From the NCBI GenBank assembly GCA_965200965.1, contig OZ241744.1, positions 2,016,001-2,080,000 on the forward strand: a stretch of DNA of 64,000 nt, given 5' to 3'. Source of the stretch: an uncultured Candidatus Binatia bacterium. GTDB lineage: Bacteria > Desulfobacterota > Binatia > Bin18. A program made the position numbers and the translations under genes. This document shows, in pieces, positions 1 to 10,762 of the stretch; position 1 is the first letter of the stretch, and every line of letters begins with the position of its first letter. The notes beneath the pieces are model-generated. The model made no database searches and was not told the DNA's origin. It was given only the letters and a program-made list of their open reading frames with translations.

Positions 1-1
1 C

Positions 2-454
2 CTGGTCATTGGCCAGCAGTTGTTCTCAGCCCCCTACGATCCAGAAGCCCGGGCGTTTAGCAGCGCACTCGTACACGAGACTTGGCTGAATGACAACAGT
101 ACCTTTTCCCTGCCCTGGCTTGACCCCGACAGCCTCAAAGAGGTGCTGCGCCAAGAAGGGCTGCTCGATCCCCCCAACCTCAGCCCAGTCGGATTCCACC
201 TTGTCCGGGCACGGGTCAGCCGTCCGCTCAGACGAGTCTTTGTCCAACTCGTCTATCGGCGACGGACTGAGGAGATCTCAATTTTTGTCTCGCGGCGCTG
301 GAAACGCTCCTTATCGGGCATCAGCCACCAGGGCAGGGTCACGATTATCCCACTCGGCATTCGTGCCGTCTTCCTTGTCAGCAAAGACCGCCCGCCCAAT
401 TTTTCAGACATTCATCAGTTGGCTGAAGAAGAAATTAGTGCCCTGTCAGCCTGA
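2..454 (+). CDS. 5'-partial protein, possibly the C-terminal domain of an anti-sigma factor family protein
   Basis: Frame is open from the window start. 'GFHLVRARV...VQLVYRR..EEISIFV' resembles the extracytoplasmic domain of anti-sigma factors. Confidence 0.4.
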   Translation: MVIGQQLFSAPYDPEARAFSSALVHETWLNDNSTFSLPWLDPDSLKEVLRQEGLLDPPNLSPVGFHLVRARVSRPLRRVFVQLVYRRRTEEISIFVSRRWKRSLSGISHQGRVTIIPLGIRAVFLVSKDRPPNFSDIHQLAEEEISALSA

Positions 455-567
455 GCCACCGGAGGAGGGCCAATCCTCCCCTCTCTTCGACCCGCTTCAT
501 CTCAACCACCGTCAGAGTGATCCCAAGGTCTCAGTCCGGGATCCTCGGGCAGCGGTTCTGGCCGCAC

Positions 568-1401
568 TCAACCATCCCTCGGGCCGATCACGGTCGTGAG
601 CTTATGGAGAAAAAGCCCGACCTCAGCCGTACTCTTGAGTCGATAACCAGCAGTGGTCTCCCGTGGTACCTCCGCCACCACAATTCCAAGGCCGCGTCCT
701 GCCACAGCGCTGAATGCGTCCTCATCTGTCACATCATCGCCAATGTATACCGGCAGAGCATCCGTTCCGGCATATCCCATCGCGTCCAACAGCCACAGCA
801 CGGCCTTACCCTTATGCCAATCAACGGCCGGCCGCAGCTCAAAGACCTTTTTGCCCAAGCCCTTGCGCAGCTCTGGACACCGCCGCAGCACGGCATCAAC
901 GACCGGCTCCAAGCGCGCCGCACATTGGGGCGGTGCCTCACGAAAGTGAACCGCAATGGAGAACTTCTTGCGCTCAACGCGCGCCCCAGCGATCCCCGAC
1001 AAGGACCGACGGAACTCGTGCTCAGCCCGGTCCAGACTGGCCAAAAAACCCTGGCTGTGTTCGTAGTTCAGGTCCATACCCGGCGGGCCGGCAATATCAA
1101 AACCGTGGCTACCGGCGTAAATCAGCCCCTTAATCCCCACCCGGCCCTGGACATCGGTCCGGTCCCGACCACTGACAATAGCGACTAGGCAGCGGGCAGC
1201 GAGCGTCCGAACCGTCCGGCGCATCTCCTCGGCCAGCACCGCCAGCTCTGGCCGAGCGACAATCGGCGTTAAGGTGCCGTCATAATCCAGGAAAACGACC
1301 GGTCGCTTGTCGCGCAGCCGGGCCACCAGCTCTTCCCACCGCTCCAGGGCCAAGGCCAACTCAGGCATAGGAGGCTTCCTCTCGCGTCTACCGAATACCA
1401 T
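568..1401 (-). CDS. otsB: Trehalose-6-phosphate phosphatase
   Basis: HAD motifs [22 protein letters not shown]...[14 protein letters not shown]. Start codon uncertain (1368/1401/1434). Confidence 0.92.
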   Translation of the reverse strand: MVFGRRERKPPMPELALALERWEELVARLRDKRPVVFLDYDGTLTPIVARPELAVLAEEMRRTVRTLAARCLVAIVSGRDRTDVQGRVGIKGLIYAGSHGFDIAGPPGMDLNYEHSQGFLASLDRAEHEFRRSLSGIAGARVERKKFSIAVHFREAPPQCAARLEPVVDAVLRRCPELRKGLGKKVFELRPAVDWHKGKAVLWLLDAMGYAGTDALPVYIGDDVTDEDAFSAVAGRGLGIVVAEVPRETTAGYRLKSTAEVGLFLHKLTTVIGPRDG

Positions 1402-1531
1402 CTCTTCCCACCTCTGCAAGCCGACCCCCTGCAAGCGGCCTCCTCCCCGGCAAAAACCCCTTGCCTTCGCAGGCGTGTTTGTTACTCTAAGGCCGCTTTG
1501 GAGGCGGGGAGAGCAGTGCTAAGGGGGACGC

Positions 1532-2932
1532 ATGTCGCAATACGTTGAGGGGCCTGACGCCGAACAGGTCGTTGAGCACCACTCCCAGCTCATCGAGTAC
1601 TTCTCCCAGGCCGGGAAACCCCGCCAAGACTGGCGCATTGGTACAGAATATGAAATGGTCGGCGTATCCCGCCGCAGCGGCCGAGCCGCCCGCTACTCAA
1701 CAAAGCGGGGCATTGAGCGGCTGCTGTTCCGGCTGGCCGACTCGCTGGGCTGGGAGCCGCAAGAGGAAGACGGCCATGTGATTGCCCTGCGCGGCGAACG
1801 GGCCAATATCACCCTCGAGCCCGGGGCCCAGGTCGAACTGTCGGGCGGACAGTGCAAAACCATCCACTGCACCAGGGCCGAGTTACACCAGCACTTCGCC
1901 CATCTCTTAGCGGCTGGGAATGCTCTCGAACTCGACTTTCTGAATCTTGGCATGCAGCCGGTCAGTCCCCTCAGCGATATCCAGTGGATTCCCAAAACGC
2001 GCTATCAGTTCATGGCCCCGTATATGGAGCAGGTCGGCACGCTCGGCCATCGGATGATGAAACAAACGGCCTCAGTGCAGGTCAATTTCGATTTCAGCGA
2101 CGAAACCGACGCGATGACCAAGTTCAAGATCGGCATGGGCATCGTCCCAATTCTGACCGCCATGTTCGCCAACTCGCCCTTCTCAGACGGCAAACTGAAC
2201 GGCTATATGAGCATGCGCGGCCATGTGTGGACCGAGACCGACCCGCATCGGTGCGGCCTGCTGCCGTTTGCCTTTGCCGATCAGGTCGGCTTTGAAGACT
2301 ATGCCGAGTATGCCCTGAGCGTCCCGATGTATTTTATTGTCCGGCAGGGTCAATGGATCGACATGACCGGCATTCCCTTTCGACACTATCTTGAGCAGGG
2401 CCACGACGGACACCGGGCTACCCTCGAAGACTGGCACCAACACCTCACCACCCTCTTCCCCGAAGTCCGCCTCAAGCGCTACCTGGAGTTGCGCTGCTTT
2501 GACAGCCAGCCGTATGAGCTGATGCTGGCCGTGCCGGCCTTGTGCAAGGGCATTTTCTACGACAACGATCCGCTCTGGGCAGCCTGGGACCTGGTCAAAA
2601 AGTGGAGTTGGGAAGAGAGGCTTATGGCCTATAAGGCCGCCCACCGGGAAGCCCTCGGGGTGCGCGTCCACGGCATCCGCCTACACGACTATGCCAGCGA
2701 GCTGGTCTCAATTGCCCGGGAAGGCTTAGTGCGCCAGAACGCCGTCAATGACGCCGGAGAAAACGAGACGCTCTATCTCGAACGCCTGCGGGAAGAAGTC
2801 GCCCGCGGCCAGTGCCCGTCCTATACCTTGGTCGAGAAGTGGATGGGCGAGTGGAATTATGAAGTGGGGCGGATGATCGCCGGCACAGCCTACCGCCTGC
2901 CCGAAGAAGACCGCTCGCATCACCCCGCTTGA
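1532..2932 (+). CDS. gshA: Glutamate--cysteine ligase (GCS2, plant-like type)
   Basis: IGTEYE, ITLEPGAQVELSG, MMKQTASVQVNFDF, FANSPF, HLTTLFPEVRLKRYLELR. Confidence 0.93.
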   Translation: MSQYVEGPDAEQVVEHHSQLIEYFSQAGKPRQDWRIGTEYEMVGVSRRSGRAARYSTKRGIERLLFRLADSLGWEPQEEDGHVIALRGERANITLEPGAQVELSGGQCKTIHCTRAELHQHFAHLLAAGNALELDFLNLGMQPVSPLSDIQWIPKTRYQFMAPYMEQVGTLGHRMMKQTASVQVNFDFSDETDAMTKFKIGMGIVPILTAMFANSPFSDGKLNGYMSMRGHVWTETDPHRCGLLPFAFADQVGFEDYAEYALSVPMYFIVRQGQWIDMTGIPFRHYLEQGHDGHRATLEDWHQHLTTLFPEVRLKRYLELRCFDSQPYELMLAVPALCKGIFYDNDPLWAAWDLVKKWSWEERLMAYKAAHREALGVRVHGIRLHDYASELVSIAREGLVRQNAVNDAGENETLYLERLREEVARGQCPSYTLVEKWMGEWNYEVGRMIAGTAYRLPEEDRSHHPA

Positions 2933-3063
2933 GCCACCTTGACAGGCCGGGCAGTGAGGCAGCCACTTGCCTGATACGGGAAGCCGCTCCCCCACCCGCC
3001 CCTTGTGTTCCCGGCGTTTCGTGCTATGAAGCCGGGCAGCACTACGCTATGACAGGATCCCGC

Positions 3064-4016
3064 ATGGAACTCAGTAGAGAGCAACTGCTCTGGATGTACG
3101 AGCGCATGCAGCTCATCCGAGGGTTTGAGAACCGGGTGAAACTTGAATTTGGCAAAGGCAAGATTCCCGGCTTCGTCCACCTGTACGCCGGCGAAGAGGC
3201 CGTTGCGGTCGGTATTTGCGCCAATCTGACTGATCGGGACTACATGACCTCAACCCACCGCGGCCGCGGCCATTGTCTGGCCAAGGGCGTTGAGCCACGC
3301 GGCATGATGGCAGAACTGTTTGGCAAGGCCACCGGAACCTGCAAAGGCAAGGGTGGCTCAATGCACATTGCGGATATGGACAAGGGCATGTTGGGTGCCA
3401 ACGGCATTGTTGGCGGCGGCCCGCCGCTGGCCCGCGGCTCGGGCCTGACTGCCAAGACCAACACGACCGATCAGGTCACGATCTGCTTTTTTGGCGACGG
3501 CGCATCTGAGCAGGGCACGCTGCACGAGAGCCTGAACCTGGCCGCCATCTGGAAACTGCCGGTCGTCTTTGTGGCCGAAAACAACGGCTACGCCGAGTCC
3601 ACCCCCGCCCATTACCATTGCAGTGTCGAAAACATCGCCGACCGCGCCGCTGCCTACAACATGCCCGGCCTCAGCATTGACGGCAACGATATCTTCGCCG
3701 TCCACGAGGCGACTTCCCAAGCGGTGGTGCGGGAGGGGCCAACCCTGCTTGAGTGTAAAACCTACCGTTTCTACGGCCATTACGAGGGCGACAGCAGACC
3801 TACAAAATCCCCGAGGAAAACGAAAAATATCAGGCCGAGAAGGACCCGATCGCCCTCTCTACGGACAGGGTTGTGTCCCGTCAGCTCGCCACCGAAGACG
3901 AACTCAAGGCCATTGACGAACAGGTCAAGGCCGGCATCGAAGACGCCGGCCGGTTTGCCGAAGACAGCCCGTTTCCAGATGTCGCGGAAACCTTTACCGA
4001 TGTGTATGTCAATTAA
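3064..4016 (+). pseudogene. acoA: Acetoin/2-oxoacid dehydrogenase E1 alpha, frameshifted
   Basis: PGFVHLYAGEEA, GKGGSMH and the GDGA..N TPP motif are present. A -1 frameshift near 3793 is followed by QTYKIPEE...DPI...DVYVN* in another frame. HRGHGH is changed to HRGRGH, with a short deletion before EGPTLLE. Confidence 0.85.
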
Positions 4017-4085
4017 TAACAAGCGCCCAGCGGTCGGGCCGCTCGCCACCAGCCGCAGTACGCTTTCCTGCCGGAGGGGATAATC

Positions 4086-5088
4086 ATGGCCGAAAGACAG
4101 CTCAATTTTAATCAGGCGCTGAACGAGGCGAGGCGACAGGAGATGCAACGCGACCCCACATTCATCCTGCTCGGCGAAGATGTCGCCGGCGGGGCAGATG
4201 TTGAACACCTGCACGGGGAGGACGCCTGGGGCGGGATGCTGAGCGTGACCAAGGGCCTCGTCCAGGAGTTTGGCCGTGACCGGATTCTTGACACCCCGAT
4301 CAGTGAGTCGGGCTTTATCGGGGCCGCGGCCACCGGCCTGCGTCCCATCGCCGAGATGATGTTCGTCGGGTTTATGGGCGTGTGCTTTGGCCAGATTCTG
4401 AATCAGGGGGCCAAGCTGCGTTACATGTTCGGCGGCAAGGCCGAGGTCCCGCTCGTCTCATCCGCACCATCTGCGGCGGCGGCTTTCGGGCCGCGGCCCA
4501 GCACTCCCAAGTCCTGTATTCGCTGTTCACCCATATTCCAGGCGTCAAAACGGTGGTGCCGGCCACGCCCTACGACGCCAAAGGGCTGCTGATCTCCTCC
4601 GTCCGGGACAACGATCTGTGATCTTTTTTGAAGACATCACGCTCGGCACAACGAAAGGCCCGGTTCCTGAAGCGCCGTACACGATTCCTTTGGGCAAGGC
4701 CGACATCAAACGCGAGGGCAACGATGTAACCATTGTGGCGATCGGGAAAATGGTCCACCACGCCCTCCAAGCGGCCCAAGCCCTGCAACAGCAGGGCCGG
4801 AGTGCCGAGGTCATTGACCCGTCTGGCCTGTCCCCCTTTGACGAGCAGACGGTGCTGGACTCGGTCGAAAAGACCGGCCTCCTGATCGTGGTTGATGATT
4901 CGCACCCACGCTGGAACATCACCAGGGATATTGCCGCGGTTGTGGCCGACAAGGGCTTTGACTTCCTCAACGCGCCGATTAAAACCGTCAGCGCACCGCA
5001 TACGCCAGTGCCCTTCAGCCCGGCCCTGGAAGACCACTATCTGCCGAACGCGGCCAAAGTCACCGAAGCCGCCCTCGCGCTGTTCTAA
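4086..5088 (+). pseudogene. acoB: Acetoin/2-oxoacid dehydrogenase E1 beta, two frameshifts
   Basis: GEDVAGG, DTPISE, AAQHSQ, PYDAKGLL and PHTPVPF are spread over three frames, with shifts near 4457 and 4617. Confidence 0.85.
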
Positions 5089-5113
5089 GGACCCGGCTCA
5101 GCCCGTGCCGCTT

Positions 5114-6094
5114 ATGAGTGCTGTTGGGATCATCGCAAACCCGCGGGCGGGCAAAGATATCCGGCGTCTCGTCGCCCACGGCTCGGTCCTTGACACCCAA
5201 GAGAAGGTCTATATTGTTCGCCGGGCCGTGCTCGGTCTGGAAGGGGCCGGGGTGGACGAGATCGTTTTGTTCCCCGACCCAGCCTCCATCGGCCTCAAAG
5301 CCCTGTCCGGCCTTGAGGGCAACAGAAAGGCCCGCGTCCGCCTGCTGAAAATGTCGGTCTACGACGAAGCCGCCGACTCCACCCGGGCGGCCTGCCTTAT
5401 GCGGGAGCAGGGCGTGGCGTGTGTCATCGTCCTGGGCGGAGACGGCACCAACCGGGTCGTCACCAAGGGCTGCGGCACCATGCCCCTGGTTCCCCTGTCC
5501 ACGGGCACCAACAACGCGTTTCCGCGCTTTATCGAATCCACCCTGGCCGGGATGGCGGCCGGCTATTACGCGGCCCAAGGCCTGCCTCAGCACGCCTTCT
5601 CGTTTCCAACAAAACGCCTCAATCTGTACCGCAACAGCACCTTTGCCGATGTGGCCCTGATCGATGTCGCGGTCTGCGATTATCAGTTTGTTGGTGCCCG
5701 CGCCCTGTGGGAGGTCGGCCGTCTCAAACAACTCTTTCTGACCCAGGGCCAGCCGACCAACATCGGCCTGGCCTCAATCGGCGGGATGCTTGACCCCGTC
5801 CGACCCGGCGAAGCCGCGGGTCTGCATCTGCAACTCGGAGACGGAGGACGAGCAGTCACCGCCGCCATCGCCCCAGGGCTGGTCGCCTCAGTCGGTGTGC
5901 AAAGCCACACCCGAATGCCGCTCAACGCGCGTGCCCCAGTCACCTTCAAGCCGTCCATCCTGGCCCTGGACGGGGAGCGCGAGATTCCGGTCGCCGCAGG
6001 CGACACCTGGGAAGTCGAGCTGAGCTGGGACGGCCCTCGCGTACTTGATATAGCCAAGGTCATGGATGCAGTCCGAGAAAGGAGGAAGGCATGA
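5114..6094 (+). CDS. acoX: AcoX-like ATP-NAD kinase family protein
   Basis: GIIANPRAGKDIRRLVAHG, LGGDGTNR, STGTNNAFP, ALDGERE; adjacent to acoAB. Confidence 0.8.
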   Translation: MSAVGIIANPRAGKDIRRLVAHGSVLDTQEKVYIVRRAVLGLEGAGVDEIVLFPDPASIGLKALSGLEGNRKARVRLLKMSVYDEAADSTRAACLMREQGVACVIVLGGDGTNRVVTKGCGTMPLVPLSTGTNNAFPRFIESTLAGMAAGYYAAQGLPQHAFSFPTKRLNLYRNSTFADVALIDVAVCDYQFVGARALWEVGRLKQLFLTQGQPTNIGLASIGGMLDPVRPGEAAGLHLQLGDGGRAVTAAIAPGLVASVGVQSHTRMPLNARAPVTFKPSILALDGEREIPVAAGDTWEVELSWDGPRVLDIAKVMDAVRERRKA

Positions 6095-6363
6095 TGCACT
6101 GGCTAGTCATAGAACTGGCCGAAGAGGTGGCACCTTTCCTTGCAAAAAAAGTGGGAAAGAAGGCGCTTACCCTGGCAACACAGAAACGAACTCCGTTGGG
6201 TGTCAACAGAATAAGAGGAGACCTGTTGCAGGAGGGGGCACCGTTTGCAGAGGAAGCAGCGGCATCTATTGACCAGCAGTTCCGCGGCCGAATTGCGGAC
6301 AGGGCGGAACTGCGGAGCAGGATTGAACAGGAGGTGCAGGCACGGCTTGGCCGGAAAAGATAA
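6091..6363 (+). CDS. Hypothetical protein (90 aa)
   Basis: AGGAGG RBS and an ATGA overlap with the acoX stop; no family recognised. Confidence 0.45.
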   Translation: MMHWLVIELAEEVAPFLAKKVGKKALTLATQKRTPLGVNRIRGDLLQEGAPFAEEAAASIDQQFRGRIADRAELRSRIEQEVQARLGRKR

Positions 6364-6463
6364 CCGCGCTCACATGGAAAGGAGCAAACACGGGGCCCCG
6401 AATCCTCTCTGAAGACCAGATACATGCCCCAATTTGTCTCCTTCCAGAAGAGAGACATCAGCC

Positions 6464-7435
6464 ATGCAGGTCATGATCTGCACCACCCATTTTCCGCACT
6501 GCGCCGAAGTCCTGCGCCGACACCTGCCCGACGACACGATCAGCGCCTGCCCGGCCGAGCAGGTAGTTGAGAGAGCAGCCGAGGCCGATGTACTGATCCC
6601 GGCCATGTACCGGCTAGATGCCAGGGTGATTGACACCACCTCAGCCACTCTGATCAACCAATTTGGCGTTGGCCTTGAGGGGGTGGATATTCCTGCCGCG
6701 ACCCGGCGTGGCATCTACGTCGCCAATGTCCCGGGCCACGAAGGCGCGGGCAACGCCGTGTCGGTCTCCGAACACGCCATCTTTCTGATGCTCAGCCTGG
6801 CCCGCGGCTATCCGCAAGCGCAGCAGAACATCCGTAACCGTGTCTCGGGCGTTCTGCTCGGCACGGCGCTGATGGGCAAGACCGTCGCCATTTTTGGCCT
6901 GGGGAGTATCGGCCGCCAACTCGCCCTGCGCCTCACGCCCTTTCAGGTCCGCCTGCTGGGCATCAAACAACGCCCGTCCGAAGCCCTCAAAAACACCCTC
7001 GGTCTTAATTTTCTTGGCACCCAGAAAGATATCGCGCAGGTCCTGGCGCAGGCCGATTTTGTGGTCTTGGCCCTGCCCGTGACCCCAGCAACGCGGGCCA
7101 TGCTGGACGCCGCGGCCTTCGCCCGGATGAAAAACACGGCCTTTGTCATCAATGTCGCCCGCGGGCCGGTCATTGACCACGGTGCCCTGGTGAGTGCCTT
7201 AGCCCAGGGACAGATTGCCGGAGCCGGACTTGATGTATTTTGGGACGAACCAGCCGACCCCAACGACCCGCTGTTTCAGTACAATGTCATCGCCACCCCC
7301 CACACCGCCGGCGTCACCGAGCTCTCGTATCACGACATCGCGCACGGCCTGGCCGCAAACGTCAACCGTATCCGGACCGGTCAGCCGCCGCTCAACTGCG
7401 CCAACCTCAAAGCGCTCCAGGCCGGCCAGCGCTGA
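6464..7435 (+). CDS. D-isomer-specific 2-hydroxyacid dehydrogenase
   Basis: GLGSIG Rossmann motif, INVARG, GLDVFWDEP, ATPHTAG. Confidence 0.9.
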   Translation: MQVMICTTHFPHCAEVLRRHLPDDTISACPAEQVVERAAEADVLIPAMYRLDARVIDTTSATLINQFGVGLEGVDIPAATRRGIYVANVPGHEGAGNAVSVSEHAIFLMLSLARGYPQAQQNIRNRVSGVLLGTALMGKTVAIFGLGSIGRQLALRLTPFQVRLLGIKQRPSEALKNTLGLNFLGTQKDIAQVLAQADFVVLALPVTPATRAMLDAAAFARMKNTAFVINVARGPVIDHGALVSALAQGQIAGAGLDVFWDEPADPNDPLFQYNVIATPHTAGVTELSYHDIAHGLAANVNRIRTGQPPLNCANLKALQAGQR

Positions 7436-7457
7436 GGTATCCGGTCACACCCGAGCG

Positions 7458-8237
7458 ATGAAAGACGACATGGGCCGGCTGGCTTTGCGGACGCTGAGGA
7501 CAGGCATCCGGGTGCTGCTCATAACGCTGTGTACCTGCCAGAGCCAGCCGTCACCCCCGCCCAGCCGGCCCCCGAGCCGGCTGGACCTGTCACAGGTCGG
7601 GAGCATCTCCGGCCATGTCCGCTTTGAGGGACCTGTCCCCGCCCAGACCCCGCTCCAACTCGGCGGCTGGTCGGCATGTCGCGCCCAGTACCCAGACGGC
7701 CGGCTGCTGGCCGCCAACCTGCTTGTCCACAACGGGAAACTCCAGAACGCACTCGTGTCCATCAGCCACGGCCTGGGCGATCGTGTCTTTGCCGTGCCCA
7801 AGGAGCCAGTCAGCAGCGACCAGAGAGGCTGTGTGTTCATCCCCCGGATTCTGACCGTCCGGGCCGGCCAGCCGCCGCGGTTTATGAACAGTGACCCCAT
7901 CGCCCATAACGTCCACGGCTGGCCCCATCGGGCGCGTCCGTGGAACTTCAGCCTGGGCGTGAAAGGCACCGCGCAAACGATTCGCATCCACACGCCAGAG
8001 AACAGGATTCCCGTCAGCTGTGATATTCACGGCTGGATGCGGGCCTATGTGGCCGTTTTCGACCATCCCTATTTTGCCCTGAGCGATGCCGAGGGACGCT
8101 TTTCCTTGGTCAATGTACCGCCGGGTTCCTATGTGATAGAAGCTTGGCACGAACGCCTGGGGGTGCGCCGCCGGCGGCTCCATCTGGAACCGCAGGACAA
8201 GCGCGAACTGGTTTTTACTTTTCGCCGCAGCGGCTGA
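7458..8237 (+). CDS. Exported protein with cupredoxin-like and carboxypeptidase-regulatory-like domains
   Basis: DQRGCVFIP, NSDPIAHNVH, CDIHGWM, G.FSLVNVPPGSY..EAWHE. Confidence 0.7.
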   Translation: MKDDMGRLALRTLRTGIRVLLITLCTCQSQPSPPPSRPPSRLDLSQVGSISGHVRFEGPVPAQTPLQLGGWSACRAQYPDGRLLAANLLVHNGKLQNALVSISHGLGDRVFAVPKEPVSSDQRGCVFIPRILTVRAGQPPRFMNSDPIAHNVHGWPHRARPWNFSLGVKGTAQTIRIHTPENRIPVSCDIHGWMRAYVAVFDHPYFALSDAEGRFSLVNVPPGSYVIEAWHERLGVRRRRLHLEPQDKRELVFTFRRSG

Positions 8238-8240
8238 GCC

Positions 8241-8624
8241 ATGAAATATGTGTGGATAGGCTTAGGCGGCTTTCTGGGGGCGAATGCGCGGGCGCTGCTC
8301 GCCGACTGGGCGCTCCAGCGTTTTGGCCCGGCTTTTCCCTACGGCACTTGTCTCGCCAATATCAGCGGCAGTTTTCTGCTCGGGGTGCTCATGGTTGTCC
8401 TGAGCCACCACGACCTGCTCCAGTCTCCCTATCGCCTCTTTTTTGCGGTCGGCTTTCTAGGGGCGTATACGACCTTCTCCACCTACACCTATGAGGCGCT
8501 CGGGCTGGCGCAGGCCGGGAGGTTTGGCTTGGCCGGCCTCACCCTCTTTGGCAGTGTCGCGCTCGGGCTGCTGGGCGTGGGTCTGGGCATCATCCTGGCC
8601 AGAGGCATACTCGGCCCGTCATAA
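8241..8624 (+). CDS. crcB: Fluoride efflux channel CrcB/FluC
   Basis: GGFLGANAR, FPYGT..AN..GSF, GFLGAYTTFST. Confidence 0.93.
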   Translation: MKYVWIGLGGFLGANARALLADWALQRFGPAFPYGTCLANISGSFLLGVLMVVLSHHDLLQSPYRLFFAVGFLGAYTTFSTYTYEALGLAQAGRFGLAGLTLFGSVALGLLGVGLGIILARGILGPS

Positions 8625-8962
8625 GCCGGGCGCGGCCTGCTCGCCCTTGCGTGCAAACACCCAGCCCAGTATAGGAAAAAGACCGCCCCGGCCGGCCGCG
8701 CCGGCGGCTCAGAGCAGCCAGGGCCACATCCACCCATGTCACACCCTAGCGCTACACAAGGCTGGACACGCCCGCCCGGCCCTTCAATTGCGCCGCTTGG
8801 CATGGTCGGCCTGAGCCTCTTGCTGTCCCAGTGCCTGGCCAAACCTCTTCCTCCGGCCACGGTCACGCCCGCGCCTTCGGCCGCGGCTCAGCAAGCCAGC
8901 GAGTCCCCCCAGGAAATCCTGAACCGTTTTAATACCTTTCTTGACCGTGCCTGATCCCCGTA

Positions 8963-9640
8963 ATGCCAGTCTATCAGTTGAGCCAGGAGTTGGTCTTCCC
9001 CGATCCTGAATGGGCCAACCCCCAGGGTGTGCTGGCCGTTGGCGGCGACCTGCGGGTTGATCGCCTGCTGCTCGCCTACCACCAGGGTATTTTTCCGTGG
9101 TACGAAGAAGGCTGCCCTATTATGTGGTGGAGCCCGCCGCGCCGCTGTGTGCTCAGACCGCAAGAGTTTCACGCCTCGCGCAGCCTCAAGCGGCTGATCA
9201 AACAGGCGCGTTTCCGCATCACCCGCGACCGGGCGTTCCGGTCGGTGATTCGCGCCTGCGCCGAGACACGCTTGGCCAACGGCCAGGGCACCTGGATCAC
9301 CCGGGATATGATTGAGGCATATTGCGTCCTGCACCACACCGGATTTGCCCACTCGGTTGAGGCCTGGGACGGACCGCGCCTGGCCGGCGGGATATATGGG
9401 GTGAGCCTTGGCGGGGCCTTCTTTGGCGAATCCATGTTTGCGCATGTCTCCAACGCCTCGAAAGTCGCGTTTTTCAGCTTGGCCCGGCAACTCGGGGAAT
9501 GGGGCTTCAGCCTGCTCGACTGCCAACTCAGCAATCCCCATCTACACCGTCTGGGGGCGTATGAGATCCCTCGCGCGGAGTTCCTGGCCCGACTGAACCA
9601 TGCCCTGAGCCGGCCCACCCGACGGGGCAATTGGGGCTGA
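8963..9640 (+). CDS. aat: Leucyl/phenylalanyl-tRNA--protein transferase
   Basis: LAVGGDL, AY.QGIFPW, WWSP, TWIT, AHSVE, FFGESMF, NASK, DCQ. Confidence 0.95.
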   Translation: MPVYQLSQELVFPDPEWANPQGVLAVGGDLRVDRLLLAYHQGIFPWYEEGCPIMWWSPPRRCVLRPQEFHASRSLKRLIKQARFRITRDRAFRSVIRACAETRLANGQGTWITRDMIEAYCVLHHTGFAHSVEAWDGPRLAGGIYGVSLGGAFFGESMFAHVSNASKVAFFSLARQLGEWGFSLLDCQLSNPHLHRLGAYEIPRAEFLARLNHALSRPTRRGNWG

Positions 9641-9806
9641 GCCGGCCTGGACCCAAGCACCTGTCAGCCCTCCTGGCCGGCCAAGGCAGGGGTCAGACGC
9701 GCCGGCTGCCGAGAGCCGGATTGACCTTGGCTTGATTCCCCCTATACTCTGCCAAGGCAGGCAGGAGACAGTCCGGCTCGGCTCCGACCTCTGGAGAGGA
9801 GAGGAT

Positions 9807-10043
9807 ATGATTATCGATACAGAGACCTTTGCGGAGATCAAAAGCGCCGTCAATCAAGCGACGCGGGGGATCGGTACCGCCACCCAACTCGTCAAAGGTC
9901 TCGGTCCCCAGACCGAAGAAGCCCGGACCTATATCAGCCGGCTGCTCAACCAGATTCTCGAGGTCCAGGTCCATGTCCAACGCGCCAATGCAGTCCTTGA
10001 CGCGCTCAAAGACGCCAACCAGGAAGAAGGCTCGCAACAATAG
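9807..10043 (+). CDS. Hypothetical helical protein (78 aa)
   Basis: GAGGA RBS; codon usage looks coding. Confidence 0.5.
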   Translation: MIIDTETFAEIKSAVNQATRGIGTATQLVKGLGPQTEEARTYISRLLNQILEVQVHVQRANAVLDALKDANQEEGSQQ

Positions 10044-10095
10044 TTATCTTCCTGCCCCAGGCTGTCGCATCCCCGGCCGTGGTTCAGGAGGTGGA

Positions 10096-10686
10096 ATGCT
10101 GGAAGGAAAAATTGAGCATATTCGTCGGACCTTGGCCAGCCACACCTTCGCCCCCCCGACATTGGAAACCGAAATACGGGCCGGCGTCGCCCTCCTCTTG
10201 CAGCCCCAGCGCGACGACCTGCACCTGCTGTTCATCCACCGTGCCCATCACCCCCAGGACCCGTGGTCTGGGCACATGGCTTTTCCCGGCGGACGCCACG
10301 AGCCGGACGACCCCAGTTTGCTGGTCACAACCCAACGCGAGACCAAAGAAGAAGTCGGCATTGACCTGGAGCGGCACGGCGAATACCTGGGGTATCTCCC
10401 AGCCGTTCAGGCCACCGCACGCGGCCGAGCCATCCCCATGACCGTCGCCCCGTATGTCTACCTGGTCTCTGCCCAGGCCCGCCCCGACCCCGACCCGCTT
10501 GAGGTCCAGGATACCATCTGGGTACCGCTGGCCTTTATGCAACAGGATGGTGTTGAGCAGCAGGTCCGGCGCGAGCTGCACGACGGGACCTCCATACAGG
10601 TCCCCGCCCTGGTCTACGCTGGCAAGACGATCTGGGGCCTGACCTATCGCATGTTGCGCGGGTTTCTGGAACTCATTGAACACTGA
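10096..10686 (+). CDS. Nudix hydrolase, CoA pyrophosphatase type
   Basis: DPWSGHMAFPGG...RETKEEVG, IWGLT. Confidence 0.88.
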   Translation: MLEGKIEHIRRTLASHTFAPPTLETEIRAGVALLLQPQRDDLHLLFIHRAHHPQDPWSGHMAFPGGRHEPDDPSLLVTTQRETKEEVGIDLERHGEYLGYLPAVQATARGRAIPMTVAPYVYLVSAQARPDPDPLEVQDTIWVPLAFMQQDGVEQQVRRELHDGTSIQVPALVYAGKTIWGLTYRMLRGFLELIEH

Positions 10687-10762
10687 ACGCTCATTCACTT
10701 GACAACCCGCCCCCGGCGTGCCACACACTCAGACATTGAAACTTCAAGAAGGAGGGTCTCAT

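Noticed and set aside
8736-8954. 72-aa ORF with a signal-like segment before aat
   Set aside because: Short, with no clear RBS or family. It may be a truncated remnant but cannot be supported.
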